DNA of 64,000 nt, taken from contig CAWEQO010000004.1 of the NCBI GenBank assembly GCA_963811225.1, forward strand, positions 300,762 to 364,761, read 5' to 3'. This document shows positions 63,655-64,000 of the stretch, piece by piece. A program made the translations under genes and the position numbers. How positions within the stretch are numbered: the stretch's first letter is position 1; each line of letters starts with the position of its first letter. The notes under the pieces are model-generated. The model was not told the origin of the DNA and searched no databases. It was given only the letters and a program-made list of their open reading frames with translations. The stretch is from an uncultured Chloroflexia bacterium. Its GTDB lineage: Bacteria; Chloroflexota; Anaerolineae; Anaerolineales; Anaerolineaceae.

Positions 63655-64000
63655 TTGACCGATCAGCCGCAGTGGAATGACATTTTGGCCGGAATCCCCG
63701 GCGCGCATATTTTACAAACTGCGCAGTGGGGCCAGATTAAGGAACAGACCGGCTGGGAGATCTTGCCGCAGATCTGGCGGGATAAATTTCAACAAACCGG
63801 CTGCGGCCGCCCTGGCGCTGCAGCGCGAAATCCGCGTGCGCGGGCTGTCCCCGCGACTGCGGGTGCTGTACGTGCCGCGCGGTCCTGTGCTGCGCTGGAG
63901 CGATCCTGGATTGCGCAGCCGGGTGCTGGACGAACTGCAAGCCCTGGCCAGGCATCAGGGAGCGATCTTCATCAAGATCGACCCGGCGGTCATCCTGGGG
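63655..64000 (+). pseudogene. Second FemAB-family paralog, 3'-truncated by the window edge, with an apparent frameshift
   Basis: Frame from the TTG at 63655: TDQPQWNDILAGIPGAHILQTAQWGQIKEQTGWEILPQIWRD, which aligns to the N-terminus of 62658..63653. After about 63781..63800 the homologous continuation (PAAAALALQREIRVRGLSPRLRVLYVPRGPV..AIFIKIDP) is in the +1 frame. Confidence 0.55.

Overview
This is a high-GC bacterial chromosomal window. The gene content (RNase Y with RecX, a T-box leader on leuS, cytochrome bd, many LysM and L,D-transpeptidase wall proteins, PT-rich linkers) suggests a Chloroflexota-like organism, but that taxonomic guess is inference only. I count about 55 protein genes, two tRNA-Ala genes, one T-box riboswitch, one IS1634-family insertion sequence and an unusual number of very long intergenic palindromes. 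Most genes are housekeeping or envelope functions: hemW, recX-rny, leuS, prfA-prmC-tsaC, cydDC (45.0-48.5 kb) split from cydAB (55.3-57.7 kb), malic enzyme, peptidases, a Kef-type antiporter, and a glycan/FemAB cluster at the right edge. The stand-out is a tightly packed six-gene plus-strand operon at about 4.56-15.2 kb. It encodes, in order: (1) a signal-less papain-fold C39-like peptidase with three SH3b repeats; (2) a CHAT (caspase-like) protease fused to a SIR2-like domain with non-canonical catalytic motifs; (3) a translationally coupled STAND-type P-loop NTPase with a TM helix and a large WD40 array; (4) a gingipain/C25-like clan-CD peptidase; (5) a coiled-coil protein with a hydrophobic C-terminus; (6) a 109-aa protein that looks homologous to the C-terminal domain of the C25-like peptidase. 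I read this as a candidate undescribed NTPase-driven conflict (defence or programmed-death) system. I saw no CRISPR array, rRNA or prophage. Three genes read as frameshifted: DUF389 at 29542-30898, GNAT at 44539-44959, and the second FemAB gene from 63655. These are either pseudogenes or assembly indels. All domain calls were made by eye from motifs in the translations; no database search was run.
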